In this document: one piece after another, positions 39,959 to 53,993 of the stretch
Layout: each line of letters opens with the position of its first letter
How positions within the stretch are numbered: the stretch's first letter is position 1
Assembly (NCBI GenBank): GCA_964234715.1
Contig: OZ174283.1
Strand: one strand, 5' to 3'
DNA: 64,000 nt
Source: Podarcis melisellensis
Taxonomy: Eukaryota
Program-made: the position numbers and the translations under genes
Notes under the pieces: model-generated
Databases searched by the model: none
Told to the model about the DNA's origin: nothing
What the model saw: the letters and a program-made list of their open reading frames with translations, nothing else

Positions 39959-40287
39959 TGACTGCCCAGGACTCTTTATGATAGCAAATCAACTTAAGTC
40001 ATTGATAGTCAAAGCACCATTGCACCCTCTTTCCTGCAACATCCCGTGGTGACAGAACAAATCAGCCAGTGACATCCATGGAGGACAGGCTGGCAAGGCA
40101 CACAGAGGCCAAAGAGGAGATTTTAGGGTCGAACTAGACAATATGGCTGAAACCAATGACGCCACTGCAAGAACAGAACCAATTTCTCCTAACACAACGA
40201 ACTTCCTCTCACCATAGGCACTGCAGGTTGGGAGGGGAGAAAGGAGGAGTTCACTCACACAACATGAGACTTCACCCTATCTAACGC

Positions 40288-40406
40288 CAAGGCTTTTTTC
40301 AGCCAGCACTCACTGCAACTCAGGTGGGCGCCACTGCCATTATAAGAGAACAAGGTTGGCATTTGTGGTGAGTTCCAGCACCTCTTTTTCTACAAAAATA
40401 GCACTG
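40288..40406. mobile_element. Short hAT-type MITE
   Basis: Imperfect TIRs CAAGGCTTTTTT / AAAAATAGCACTG; 8-bp TSD TCTAACGC / TCTAACAC. Confidence 0.65.
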
Positions 40407-40634
40407 TCTAACACCATATGTTAACTGTGCGATTGCACAATTAAATGCACCTCAGTTTTTAAATCTCCTCTAAAGAGACATAGGGAGGCATTCTTGATTT
40501 TGACTACGGTGCATTCAGACTGTTTCAACCCTTCTCCTCTCTCCCACTTTAAACACAGCACCCCTGAAGTTCCTGCTTGCCCCAGGAGTAAAGTTGCCAG
40601 TGGCATTACTAATGCCTTTAAGAAATTAATAATA

Positions 40635-40859
40635 CAGTGGTACCTCGGGTACAGACGCTTCAGGTTACAGACTCCGCTAACCCAGAAATAGTACCTCGGG
40701 TTAAGAACTTTGCTTCAGGATGAGAACAGAAATCGTGCTCTGGCGGCGTGGCGGCAGCAGGAGGCCCCATTAGCTAAAGTGGTGCTTCAGATTAAGAACA
40801 GTTTCAGGTTAAGAATGGACCTCCAGAATGAATTAAGTTCTTAACCCGCGGTACCACTG
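40635..40859. mobile_element. Tc1/mariner-type MITE, family A
   Basis: CAGTGGTACC...GGTACCACTG with TA TSDs. Confidence 0.9.
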
Positions 40860-41560
40860 TAATAATCTTTATCAATTTTTAAAATCAAATAATCATAACC
40901 AAATGCATCATCTAGTTTTGCTGTAAGGGTGAAGAGACAAGGGATTTTTAATCTATTTATTCTTACTGTTAACGCTTTATTATAACTGCAGTTCTATTCC
41001 ACTCATTGCCTGGTTTCACATGAAGGCTGGGAATCCAGTGTTTATGCTTCTCTACGTTTAAGAAAAATCCCACGAACAATAGCAGCGGAGTGATGAAATG
41101 AGCTCACAATTCAGCAAAGACTGGAACAACAAGTTGTAGAAGATTCCCAATAGTCTGCCAACAGCATACTCCCAGGATCAAACACAGCTACACCCATACA
41201 GTGAGCTTGCAAAAGGTAATCCTCAACTCCCAGAAAAGAAGATGACAAATCTAGATTTTTAGACAAGGGGAAAAAATTGCTGCACACACACAAGAATAGT
41301 GGATTCCAGTCTTCAATGCTGTCATGTTTCATGCACTCTTTTACTGGGGAAGAACAAAACAAATACAGCAGATCAGCATCCATGTAGATACACCCATGCA
41401 GCACTATGTACAATGACCACTGTCAACTGGGTAAAGGCTCCAAGAAAATGGAGATTCCAGAAAGTTAACTGCTGAAATTTAGTGATGAGTAAAACATTTC
41501 AGAAAAGGATTTGACACATGAGGCTCCAAAAGCTAAGTTTTCATTTGTATTTGTACTCAC

Positions 41561-41790
41561 CGGTAAACATTTTTGTAACAGCTTTGCTCTGCTTCCGGGC
41601 AGAGCACAGGAGCAGCAGCCATGGAGGGAAAAACTCATAGTGACTAGCTAGAAGCTCAGCTATAGTTCCAGATAAGCCCGTAGATGTCTGGTCGCCTTCT
41701 GCAATGTTACATCCCTCATCCACGGAATCTACAAGGAGGAAGAGACTTTGTTGAGGGGGCTTGGCTCCGAGAAGAGGCAGCAAAATGCAC
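41561..41790 (-). CDS. ANKRD50: ANKRD50 exon 3 (Walker B-like [10 protein letters not shown])
   Basis: 230 nt. Acceptor CTTTTTCTCCTTGCAG|G and donor ACCG|GTGAGT; phases 2 and 1 fit exons 2 and 4. Translates (R)[26 protein letters not shown]...AVTKMFT(G). Confidence 0.95.
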
Positions 41791-43120
41791 CTGCAAGGAG
41801 AAAAAGAAAGGAGAATGATAATACACACACATAAAATCCAGAAATATATTCTATATGGTTAGTTTTGTTTTTCAGCAAAGGAACTTGTGTGTGTTTGTTT
41901 GCGTGTACACAAAGAGGTGCTCACAGTATGTACTAAAACGAGGTCGCTAGGGAATTCTTTTTCCAGTGTTGTCAGGGAGTGCAGACTCACTTGCAGCCAC
42001 TTTAATATTTGATTAAGCCTTTTAACATGTAAACAAATGCAGCAGTTCAAGTGCTGAGGCCAACAAAAAGCACGTCTGGATTATGCTTGTGCAGCTACCC
42101 AACACGGCCATAAACAGGGAATTTCAAGTTTAACAGGAGTTGGATATGCCCAGCAGAATGTATGTGAAATCTGGATAGAGACTTTATTAGTACCAAGTGC
42201 AATCCCAGCTAAAGTTCTAGTAACAACTATTTGCAGCAATGCTCCTGGTCTGTACAAGCTCTGTTAGAAGGTACTGCAGATACACAGGCCACCATTGCTG
42301 TCTTGTGCGAATGCCATTCATTTCCATGGCTGAGTGCGAAACAAGTGGATGCTCTCATGATGAGACGGTACACAATCACAAAACCACCCAGTAAGAGCCT
42401 CTTTGCATGATCTCTGAAATAACATTCCTGAATTCAAGTCAGTATCCAGTTTGTTTACTCTAGCAAGCAGTTAAATCCAAAGCTAAAGTGAACTGAAAGT
42501 GAACCAGCAACTCTTGGCAAGATCAGAGGTGCTTGCTCACCCCTCGTTCCTTGGAGGCTACATGATTATTCACTGTATGAATACAAGATATTGCAGGACC
42601 ATCTACCCAAACCAAACCAGACTGTCTACCTCGTTTGCCCCCACGCAAAATGTCATGGTGGTAGATGTCTAAGTCCTTGCATCAGTGCTAGGAAGCAGGC
42701 CATCACCTCCCCACCCAAACCGGTTGGGGGGGGGGGTGAGAGCATATACTAACAGCAAGTACAGCATCAGAGCTATGAAAGCTTCAGAAATAAAGATATA
42801 GCCCTTCAAGGAAAGGCAGCTCTCCCCTCCCCCAACAGCATGGTTCTCTCTGATCACAATATTTGTAATTCTTAGGGTGGGGGTGGGAAGGAACAGGCAA
42901 AACCCAGAATCACTTAAATAACTCAAGGATGTGTTCGTGCTCCGGAATTCTTTATGACAGCATTTTATCAAAAGATGTGTCATGGTAACAACCTGGATAA
43001 TCCCCTTGGAATATAATTATAATTATAAATCCCCAATACATGGGATTTAAGTAAAGTGTGAAGTAAAAAAAGTACATGCCATATAAGAAAAAAAAAATTA
43101 CAAATAGCTCAAAGTCTGTA

Positions 43121-43335
43121 CAGTGGTACCTCGGGTTACAAACACCTTGGATTACAGACTCCGCTAACCCAGAAATAGGACTTCGGGTTAAGAACTTTAC
43201 CTCAGGATGAGAACAGCAATTGTGTGGCAGTGGTAGGAGGCCCCATTAGCTAAAGTGGTACCTCAGGTTAAGAACAGTTTCAGGTTAAGAACAGACCTCC
43301 GGAACGAATTAAGTTCGTAACCAGAGGTACCACTG
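43121..43335. mobile_element. Tc1/mariner-type MITE, family A
   Basis: CAGTGGTACCTC...GAGGTACCACTG with TA TSDs; same orientation as the 40635 copy. Confidence 0.9.
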
Positions 43336-45504
43336 TACAGCCAATGAATAATTAGATATTAGAGTTGCAATCCTGATACATTTGCATTCTAGTTAGTCTC
43401 ACTGAACTCTATGGGACTTGCTTCTGCTTGAATAAGCCTAGGACTTCACAGCAAACCTCTGAAACACACGTTTCCTTCATTATCCAAAGACCTTACTCAT
43501 CTAATTGCACTTTCTGCCACCATGAAATGCGAGAAAGTCTTGGTAAACCAGTGAAAAAAGCATGTTCAATTATCCAAACTTCTGATTGCTCAACACAGCT
43601 ATTGGGATGAATAAGGCTGTAGTACTATTTTATCAACTGGCAGGGGTGGGGGTGGGTAGAGCCTTCAACGCAACTTGCATTTTTGCCATACCAAGGAAGT
43701 GATTCACCAACCGCTTCCAGTAATGTAGCCCCACTGACTTGACCAGATGAGTGAAAGGCCTGACACACTTCCGAAGTGTCATTTTGTATTACTAACCATT
43801 TGCTTTTTTGTGTGTGTTTTTGGATTGGAATTCCCCCATCACCTCCGAGAATCCATAATTTCCATCATACTTGTTCTGTGTGCCGTTCTTTATGTCCCTA
43901 TTTAAGACCAATTTTATCATAGAGGTGATTCCTAATTTATTTGAAATGGTTAAAAAAAATAATCACCGGTGCATATTTAAATGGAATAGATGAGCATTAC
44001 TTTCTAATAATTGTAAAGAGCTAGGCATTCCATATGTAAGGTAAAACACATTCCATGCAAACTCACCACAGTTCACATTTAGAACAGTTTGGCTATTCCC
44101 CATTTCCACCAGTGCATTCTGACTAAGATTTTAAAACACAAATTTAATTCTAGCAGGGGGAAAAAGAATGCATTACAACGCATTACAGCTACCAGTAACT
44201 CCCCAAGGCTAGAGCATCATTACAACAGGAGATATCACACAAAAAAGCAGACTCCTTTAAGTGTCTGCTTCAGCGCATCCAGAATTTTCTAACTTCCAAC
44301 TGCATCCTGACCTCAGGCCTATTCAGCAGATTCTTCAATAAGGCAACTGTTCCTGCCATGAAATAGTCTTGACTAGAAAATAATCCCTTTATTTTCAAAA
44401 ATGCCATCTTGGTTTCAAAGCAGAATGAACTGCGGCAATTCGCCCCCTTCTCACGCCAGCCAAATGTTTCATTATCTCTAGAGAAGGTTAGCAGTCATCT
44501 TGAAGACCGTTTGAAAATAATCATGAGCTCTGTAAAATAAGATGTAAGCAATATGCCATCAAACCTAATTATATGTTTTGAGTGAGAAATCGATCTTCAG
44601 AGTGACAATGAGTGGAACAAAGCGCTGGGAGCATCTGAATCTTCTGCATCTCCACTAACACTGGCTTTACTTCCAAATTCAGATGTGTAGCTGTGCTGTT
44701 AACCCCTCTTTATTCACTTGTTTCTACTCTTTCCCTAGATATTTACCTTAGGTAATCACTCCTACCCTTCACTCCTCCCTTCAATAGCAAACACACCTTT
44801 ATGAGAAAGGCTCTTCATGTTAATCAGATGTTCTTTAAAAATATGTCACAAAGAGCCTTCCTTTCAAATCCACAGCACTAAACTTTTCCAACTTTTGCAT
44901 CTGTGGGAATCCGCTATCCATGCCATGTAGGAAAAAGATCTCCACAGAACACCATCAAACACCAACCAGTCATGTGGCCTTGGTTGGAAGATGCAACCAA
45001 GCCATGCCTTTTATTTTATTCTCCCCTCCCTTCCACTACATTCACACTTGTGTAGCAATGTGTGATAAAATGTTCATGGCAGCAGCAAATGCCTTTCATC
45101 TTAGAAGCTCACACTAAACACGTTTCCCTAGAATGGCTCATTTTGGGATGATCAGCGCCAACTCCTCCAAGAGAGTGCTTTTCAAAAATGTCTCCTGCAA
45201 CCTTTGCCAACACTCCTGCAAGTGGTAAAAACCTGCACTGCTACACCAAGAAATGGGAATCTGTGGCCTTCTGAATTTTGGCTGCCCTAGTCGGTATGGC
45301 AAACAGTGAGAGGTGATGGCAGTGGGGTCCAGCAACATGCAAAGGTCTCTGTACTACATATTTTACACGATTTTCTTTATCCTATGTAAACCGGGTTAGC
45401 CATACAGGCATCAAAATTGGACGACACATTCAGTTCCTAAGAAATAGCACAAATTGGTTTATGTGTTCATTGATTATTTGGATATAATTTCAGCCTCATC
45501 TCAC

Positions 45505-45895
45505 CAGAATAGGTCTATAAATCCGGAAGACTATATTCCCTCATATGAACCTGTCTGGGCTCTGAGATATTCAGGGGAGCCTCTTTATCTTGGTTCCACC
45601 ACCCTCAAAGGCATGTTTGGTAGAGACGCAGGACAGGGCCTACTCAATGGCTGCTCCCAGAGTTTGGCTGCTCCCTTCCTAGAGAATTAGATTGGCTCCC
45701 TCCTTGTTGACTTGAAAGGGCTAGTTCTGTCTTGTTTTTATTGTAGTGATCTATATGTTTGTGTGTGTGTACACATTTAAATGCTGTTTTTTAAATGAAA
45801 GCTTTCCCCTCTATGTTTCTATTTTAGCTGTAGGTTGCTTTGGGTTCCTGTCAGGGCGAAAGGCAGGATATCAATAATGATATAAATAAAGAAAT
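45505..45895 (+). mobile_element. Degraded L2 LINE 3' fragment
   Basis: Remnant DYIPSYEPVWALRYSGE and an L2-like tail ending ATAAATAAA. Confidence 0.5.
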
Positions 45896-48279
45896 AAATG
45901 AAGATCACCCACAGGAAATCTCAATACACTTTTCCAGCAGCACTTCTCCTTTTGTGACTTTTGGTGCCATTTTCGAACTGCTCAACTGCACCTATTCTAT
46001 AAAGCTTCTGAATTCACCTGAATTGCCAATTCATTTCAGCGCTAAGAGAAGTATCTTGCCAGAGTTATCCGCTGAATGTTCGGACTTACAAGATTTACAG
46101 TTGCCTCTGGATTTCTCATTTCCTTTCCTGAATCAGTATCATACAAACAAGGAAGAGGCTTGACAAATCTGAAAAGAATTTAATGCGATAAAAAGAGGAT
46201 GCACTTCTGCAGCAATCAAAGGTTTTCCCTGGATAGATATGAAAAGGAAGTTACAGACAATGGAAGAGTAGAGACTTCTACTCACAAAGGCTTCCTCAAA
46301 GGACACAATAATTCTTTATAAGAAGTTTAAAGTAACAATACTGCATTTTATTTTATTTTTCCTCCAGTAAAGCCACTGGTACCTCTCCCCACTTCCTCCA
46401 TATATTTCAACTTTCACCTTAATAAATTTAACATAACTTTCATTGATCTAAGTACTTGAGGGGAAGTGTAAAACCACAGAGGAACTGCACAATGTCTGGA
46501 TAGTTCAGTGCGAGACTTTGTAGTCATTCTTCGGAATTAGCAGACTGTGAATGCATCCTTTTTAACACAGATGACAAGAACTGGTTGTAGCTTTCAAAAG
46601 GAACCAGTGCCATCTACGATGATATCATAACTTCCTTTTCCCTGCAAAAAAAATCCCTACCTAATATTCAAGAATTTCCCTCGTCTCCTTTACAGCCACA
46701 CAAAACTGCTGGTTCAGTAACCCTGAAATGCACCAGGATCCCTAGATCCTCTCTCATTTTTCCACTGATACCAAATATGCTTTAGCCCCCAAAGCATATG
46801 ACACAACACTGGATGCTACTAGATTGCATTCCATTCTTTTATTCATCTTCATGCATCCTACATAATTCCTCAATGTCCATTTAAGTGGCAACACCCCACT
46901 TTCCTTCCTAAAGTTACCAGAGAAAAGAATGAATAAAACAGGTTTAAGGACTATGGCTGCAACACTAACTTTGTCTGCTGAAGTTCTGTTGAATCCAGTG
47001 GGACTTATTCTCTAATACTTGAAGGAAGGACACTAATTCCTACTTGATCGTTTATTTATCTCCTTACCTATTTCATACACTTCTTGATTGCAACAAACAA
47101 ACCGACAAACCTCAAAGTGGTTTACAAAGGGATTTTACCATGTAGTATTTCCCCATCTTCACTTTGTTTAGTTCTTCATTCGCCTTGCACTATACTGCAT
47201 TACTAAACTCCAAATGGATTACTCTACCTATCTGTTCAAGAAAATGCAACTTTCCTCAAAGTAAGTGATCATAAACCTGTGTGGTAGGTGTTAATATTCT
47301 TGGTGGAAACAAACCAAATAATAATAATAATATATTATTTATACCCCGCCCATCTGGCTGGATTTCCCCAGGTGAATCAAATAAGATCAGGGTCTGATAT
47401 CCTGCGGTCCCATGTGCTTGGCCTTTTGGGGGTGAAATTGCAAACATTATTATCTGGGAGCAAGTCCCAATGAATTCAGCAGGACTTAATCCTAAGTAGA
47501 TGTGCACAGGATTGCACTGTTAGCCTTTTCTAGTTGCATTATAATTTATGAGCAGGCAAGCAGAGTGCACTGTAGATCATCTTTCCATAACCACTGACCT
47601 TCTTCATAGTCTTTTTGACAGCAGAAGTGCTCTGAATGGTAACGACGAATTCAGCACTTTAAAGGTTGCAAAGGGAAGGTCTCACACATACCACCATGTA
47701 ACACCCCGCATTTATCTGTACTGACTTTCATCTTCCTTTTTCAATTCCCTTAGTTAATCCAGCCAAGCAATGAGTTCAAATGGATCACTGTATCCTCTTA
47801 AGGCTTACACTTGGACACCAACACAGCAACCATAATTATGAAATTTCAGTGTCTCCTCTTTCACTGTCACTGAATCCTTATATAAATCTGCTTTAGCCAC
47901 AGTCTGCTTTAGACATGGATATCTTTGTTTCATCATTTTACAGATCATTAATATGTTAAGGTCATGTCCTACAGGTTTATTAAATGGCTGCAAACTATAC
48001 TGTAACAGTCAGTATTAATACAGAAACAGACTATTTTGACATGCACTTAAAATGGTAAAATTACAGCAAAGGTAGTGCCTCTCTATTTTTGGTAACATGC
48101 TCTGTAAAATCAAGCTTTCCCCCTTATTTGTTCTCTTCTACTCACAAGCTAGTTCTCTAGGTCATAACATACGCTAAATCAAGCAGAATTCCTTCTCTAC
48201 ACCATCTTGATTTATAACGAAAGCAGTTTGTAGCACGACCATGTATGGTGGTTTCTCTCCTAACGAGACCGTTAGAAAG

Positions 48280-48302
48280 GAGAGAGAGAGAGAGAGAGAG
48301 AG
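48280..48302 (+). repeat. (GA)n microsatellite
   Basis: Visible repeat. Confidence 0.85.
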
Positions 48303-50784
48303 CACTATGTAAAAAAGATTCACTTTTTGAACTGACTCATACATAATAGAACCAGTAACAAAAACTTAGAGTAAAACTCTGCAACCAGCAGAGCTGAGGG
48401 GAATTAAGAGTCCAGCAACATTTGAAGAATCACAGGTTCCCCACCCTTGGTGTCAGTTTTTAAGGACACTCAGTGATTTCAAAGAAAACAACTATATTCC
48501 CACAATCCCTTCTATACCCTGATAATCAATTTTCTACCTCTTTCCCTTAACTTCTGGTATTATGCATTGCCTATTTGTCAACAACAACAACTGGAACACA
48601 GCAAATTTAAGCTAAGTTCATTGTATGCTTGCCATGACTGTATCTTGCTGTAGTCATTTTTGCTTTTCTAAAGTTAATTTCTTAACGTTCTGCAGGTTTC
48701 AAAAATTATGTGCAAGTACAATTCAGCCTTCCAACTTTGCCCCTGGACAAGTTGCTTCTTTCTGCCATTCATCCTTCCTCCTCCGATTCCTTTCCCATCT
48801 CCTTTGAAGTAGTGGGTTGTCACAAAGTGACTCACCTCAGCACCAAAAGCTGAGGCATAAATCACACTAACGCTGTTAACAAAATCTATTCCACAATTTA
48901 TGTCTTCAGCCTCTTAGATATACCATGATTGCAAGAGGAAAAGGAAGGCTTTTAAATAGCACTGTTCCACCTGTGCTACCACCACCGCATATTTTATATG
49001 GCAATTTCCCCCAAAAGTCCTACTAGTGATTTAATGCAAAAAGTTCTTGGAAGTCCCAGAAGTCTGGGTTTGGAGATTTAGTAAAAATGACAGACAAAGC
49101 AAGTTAAGAACACCAAAATGAATTGAAAGAAAGATTGTTCAATTTTCTCTGCACTGCGTTTTAAGCTGTTTATATCTATCCAAGCAATGGATGTTGGGGA
49201 AGGGCGAATTCTCATGACATTAAGTCATACTGAAAGCAGTTGTGTCCAGCTGGATACAGTGCTGGCCATGGATGGCAAGGGCTCAAATCCCAACTCAGCA
49301 ATGGGTCACTTGAGGTCTGGGGTAAGTGACTACTGGCAAGCAACACACAATTTGCTCATGAATAAACACAATAGGGACAAAAAAGCCCATTACTGACATA
49401 GGAGTCATAAAGAGTCAACAAAAAACTGCAATCTAAAACATATGTAAATTGTGAATGCTTAATGCTTAGTTATTTACTTTGTTGCTTCAAAACAACAGAA
49501 TTCTTGTTAAAGTGTGGATTATGAAGTAATCTAGTTCACTCCTACTTGTTCAAGTTATTCCTTGTGCCAAATGTACAGACCACGTAGTTTAGTGGGGAAA
49601 TGTTGCAACCTAGAAAAATGAAAGAAAATTGTCACTTGGTACAACTAGGATCTCCAAAGGGTGAGGCTGGCTCATTTTCAAAAGCCAATAAATGCACTGA
49701 TGAATTAGGAACAAAAACGTGTAGCTGAATTGAAAGGCAAGGATGAAAAGCACAATAGCAGGATTGGCAAACAGGTCAGAACAAGGTTGATAATCATGAT
49801 TTTATTTATACACCCATGCCTTTTGATCAAATGATCTTCAAGGTGGCTTACAACCTAGGTAGTGGGGTAGGAAAACTGAAAAAAAATCACATCTGGCAAT
49901 CAATGTGCCCTATTGGTTTCAGATAGCACAAGGGTAGCCGAGTCTACAAAGACCGGGACACAAATTTTCATGGCCCCCTAGCAGCTATGGTGGCTCATTT
50001 ACAAGAAGTTATGTGTTTTGTGTTAATTCTGGAAGTGTGTACTATATTCTGACCAAACTAAGTCTCCTAGAGCACAATATACATCAGGAGGCTTAGTTTG
50101 GTCAGAATACACTACGTTGCCAGACACAAAATACATTGGCATTATTTTCAGCTGTCCGAAGAAGACCTGGTTTGTCTGGCTGGTGGCAGGGGACAAAAGA
50201 TCCCCAACCCCTTGCTTCTGAAATCCCAGGGCAACTGGGGCACTGGTTTGGGGGGGGGGCTGGCGTGGAGTCTGCAGCTCTTCATACACTGTTCAATGGC
50301 TGGTGAAAGGTTAGTTCTTCCAGGATTTAGAACAGCTGGTGCAGTTTGATGACATGCTCATCCTATTCTGTGTTCACATCTGCATTGGCATGAACAAAGG
50401 GGAAAAGCATTAGGTATAGACTCTGTACAGTTTGCATACCTTGTTTGGTGCAGATATATATTTCCTGATGTTAGGTAACAATACCTCAAGGCTACCATCT
50501 GCTTAATTTTGGTCTCTAATGGGCACCTATAATGGAGATCCCTGAGAAAGGGACATGTCTAGTCAGGCAAGGTTGGGATTAACTTTAACCTGGATACAAA
50601 TCGCCCAGACAAACCTGCAGAGATTGCGTTGCTTCATGTTCATCTGTCTACAGTCTACTTCCATTAAGAAAGACGGCTTTTCTCAGTCAGGGAAAATAGA
50701 GTAAGCCCAATTCCTAGCACTCAGAAAACTGTCGCTTAATCCTGGCTGGCTCATGTAAGTTTATCAGAACCAAAGCTGGTTCTG

Positions 50785-50960
50785 AACAGTGCCTAGTTAA
50801 ACTGTGGAATTTGTTTCCATAAGATGTAGTAATAGCCACGAACCAGGATGGCTTTAAAAGAATTAGGCAAATTCAAGGAGGTTAAGACTCTCAAAGGCTA
50901 CTAGCCACAATGACTATATTTTCCCTCCACTGGTTGGGGTAGTATGCTCTGAAATACCAG
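50785..50960 (+). mobile_element. CR1-like LINE 3' fragment
   Basis: LVKLWNLFP*DVVIATNQDGFK-like translation matches CR1 ORF2 ends. Confidence 0.55.
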
Positions 50961-52467
50961 ATTCTGTGGGCCAAGAGGGAGTCTGTGCAGCACATTTCTG
51001 TGGTAAAATACGTAGATTTTGCATTAATCTAAGTCTCACTCAGCTCTCCCAATCAAACAGAGTGGACTATTCTCTCCTTATTCCCATGAATATCCAGCAA
51101 ATATGAAGCACAAAGAGTTGAAACAAGGGAAAAATTTGCTTAAAAACAGCCTTTTTGTGTGAGCATGCTGGTAATGCTTCAGAAACCCAGTGACAGAGTA
51201 ATAGCATCTCATTTCTCCAGAACGATTGTTCAACAAGACAGAAAGCGTATCCTGGTAGGAAAGCCAACATCCTCCCACTCCTCTAACGCCTCAGGCTTCT
51301 CTACTGGGATTTCTTCCAGTGAGTTATCCCCCCCCCCAACAGCTTTCAATTATTTTGAAATAGCAAAAGTCATCCTAAAGGAATTAGGTTATTGCGTCAG
51401 ATCTAGTGCAGCATATTTAAAGGAGGGAAATCTAGCCGTGAGTAAGAATGCTATCGCTTATGCAAAGGAGATACTATAAATTTCCAACAAAAACAAACCA
51501 CATGTGCCCCAACCATTAAAGCATGGGCAAGAATAAAACAAGCAACTGGACAACATCACTGTTACATTCTCGACAAATAATTTCCAAACTTTATTTAATC
51601 ATATTCATTCCCTCTAATAGTAAACTTTGTGTTGATCAGAAGCGGAGCCGAAGTCAAACTGGGACAGAGACAAGGCAGAGAGGGCTCTGTATACCTTGGA
51701 GCTTTGCCAGGTATGCATTTCCTTTCTGGTTCTGGGTGTTTTGTTTTTTGTTTTTCTTAGAAAAGCAAAAACAACCACCAAGTCCTCCTACAGGAAAAGA
51801 ATGACGTAAGGAACAGTTAAGAAGTCTGAGAGTGACAAAAACAATCACCTCCATCAACAAAGACAGGAGGCGGGTGGGTAGACATAAGATGAAATAGGAA
51901 ATATACAAGCCCTCGGTGGGTTAAATGACCATTACTGTAGTTCCAAGGGATGACACTCGCTTGGGAGAGAATTAGGGTTGAGGCCTGCACACCGGCTGGA
52001 GCCTATTTGCTGACCCACTCTTCTCCGTTCTTCAAGATCAATCCCAATATGGGTGTGCCCTCTTTGCAACATAAATGGTCCTTTGGGAGCGATTAATAAG
52101 AAGGCGAGGATAGAGGAGAAAGCACTTTCTCCAACCCAAATGCATTGGTTCAATAGAACAATTTACACTCTAGGGGGAAGATTCTCAAATGAGGAACAGA
52201 AGAAAAATTGGGAATTCACTCTCAGCACTCTCCTATACAGCACCAGCAGGGAGACATAAAACTACTCTGCCCAACACTGTATCACTCAGGAATGCTGCAT
52301 GAGGAACCTCACTACTAACTCTATTACCACATGATTTAGCCAGCAGGCAAGCATAACATTTTCTTCTTTCCCACCCTCACAAAATCTCCTACCTCCAATC
52401 CTGTCATCCCACACCTAGCTCTGGAATGGACTATGGCAAAATACTTGTGTGTGTACTCACTTATAAT

Positions 52468-52508
<41 letters not shown>
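52468..52508 (+). repeat. (CT)n(CA)n compound microsatellite
   Basis: Visible repeat. Confidence 0.9.
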
Positions 52509-52509
<1 letters not shown>

Positions 52510-53675
52510 AGCAGGATGGAAACTTAAGTGGCTGTTACTGTCATAAACTGTCCATGCCATAAACTGCCCATACCTGAAAGCACAAAGTCATTCACTGATT
52601 GAATGTCAATCTAATACAAGATTAGCATTGCAATGCTTGATCTCTTAAAAAAGAACACTTGAATTCTTTGCGAAAGCCAAGTAACTGCTTTGTGACAGAC
52701 AAGGCCTGCTTTGTCAGTACAAGCTTCCTTCTGCTTCCCACATCACTGATTTTCTATATGGTCCAGGTATATACCAGGATGGCGGTACTTGTGTTTTCTG
52801 GAGCCAATATATTTGCAAGCCATTTCCAATTAAGACAGTAAACCTCTCTCCGAGGTTATATTGCTTTCTGTCATACAGGTCTCTCTAACCAGATATTATA
52901 CAGAGAGCATTAATATTTAGCACCTCTATAGAACATTCAGGAGTTCAGTGCAAATGCACGGTATGTATATTTTCTCAGTTATCCTTACAAAAGCCTTACA
53001 AACCTGTTTTATCAAGACTGGAGAACCTCCAGACCAAACTACACCCAACAGGAATCCTAATTTGGCCCATGAGGCAAATCCTCACAAGCCAAACCCAATC
53101 ACCCTACACCTGATGTCATCTATGACAGCCATTGTGTGGCAGGTTGCAATGAAATGAGCACTGTAGAAATAATCACATAATTAATTGTCTTAAATTTGAA
53201 AATTACATAAAATAGCAGACAATTAAACTTTGTCTTTGGCAGAAATCAAATTGCGGGAGAACGGAAGCAGCACTGATTGTGACAGAGACGGATTGGAACA
53301 GAAATCCCTAGTTACCACTGACTTCTAGGACTATATACCGCAGCTAAATTCTTTAGCACTGTTTGATGGAGAGGAGAAGTGCAACTATGCCAAAGGAGAA
53401 GGGGATCTAGACTGAACTGGCCACTTCTGATTCTTCCTCTCTGCGCCCACAACTCCATTGTTTCTCTCTTCTTTCCCCATCATCATAGCTACTGCCACTT
53501 CACCAATTTAAACTTGCTCCAGTGTATCATCATCATCATAATACTTCTTCCTGCTAGAAACTTGAGATACATCAGCACTGCCATAGGGGACTTAGCTGCA
53601 GTCCCACCCTCAACCAGGTAGCATAATGGTACGAGTCACATAAGCATTGGTAAAGTGAGTCATGAAATTAGTCGT

Positions 53676-53993
53676 CTAGGGCTTGCCGATCAGAAGGTCA
53701 GCGAATCCCCGTGATGGGGTGAGCTCCCGTTGCTCGGTCCCTGCTCCTGCCAACCTAGCAGTTCAAAAGCATGTCAAAGTGCAAGTAGATAAATAGGTAC
53801 CGCTCCAGCGGGAAGGTAAACGGCGTTTCCATGCACTGCTCTGGTTCGCCAGAAGTGGCTTAGTCATGCTGGCCACATGACCCGGAAGCTGTCTGCATAC
53901 AAACACCAGCTCTCTCAGCCAGTAAAGCGAGATGAGCACTGCAACCCCAGAGTCATCTGCAACTGGACTTAACTGTCAGGGGTCCTTTACCTT
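53676..53993 (+). mobile_element. Sauria SINE, 5'-truncated, variant subfamily
   Basis: Homologous to the 12660 copy, with a different internal segment (GCTGTCTGCATACAAACACC) and 3' end (GGACTTAACTGTCAGGGG). Confidence 0.9.

Noticed and set aside
39989-40258. Minus-strand ORF with an acceptor-like CTGCAG, a possible cassette exon
   Set aside because: No convincing donor and no similarity to known ANKRD50 sequence.
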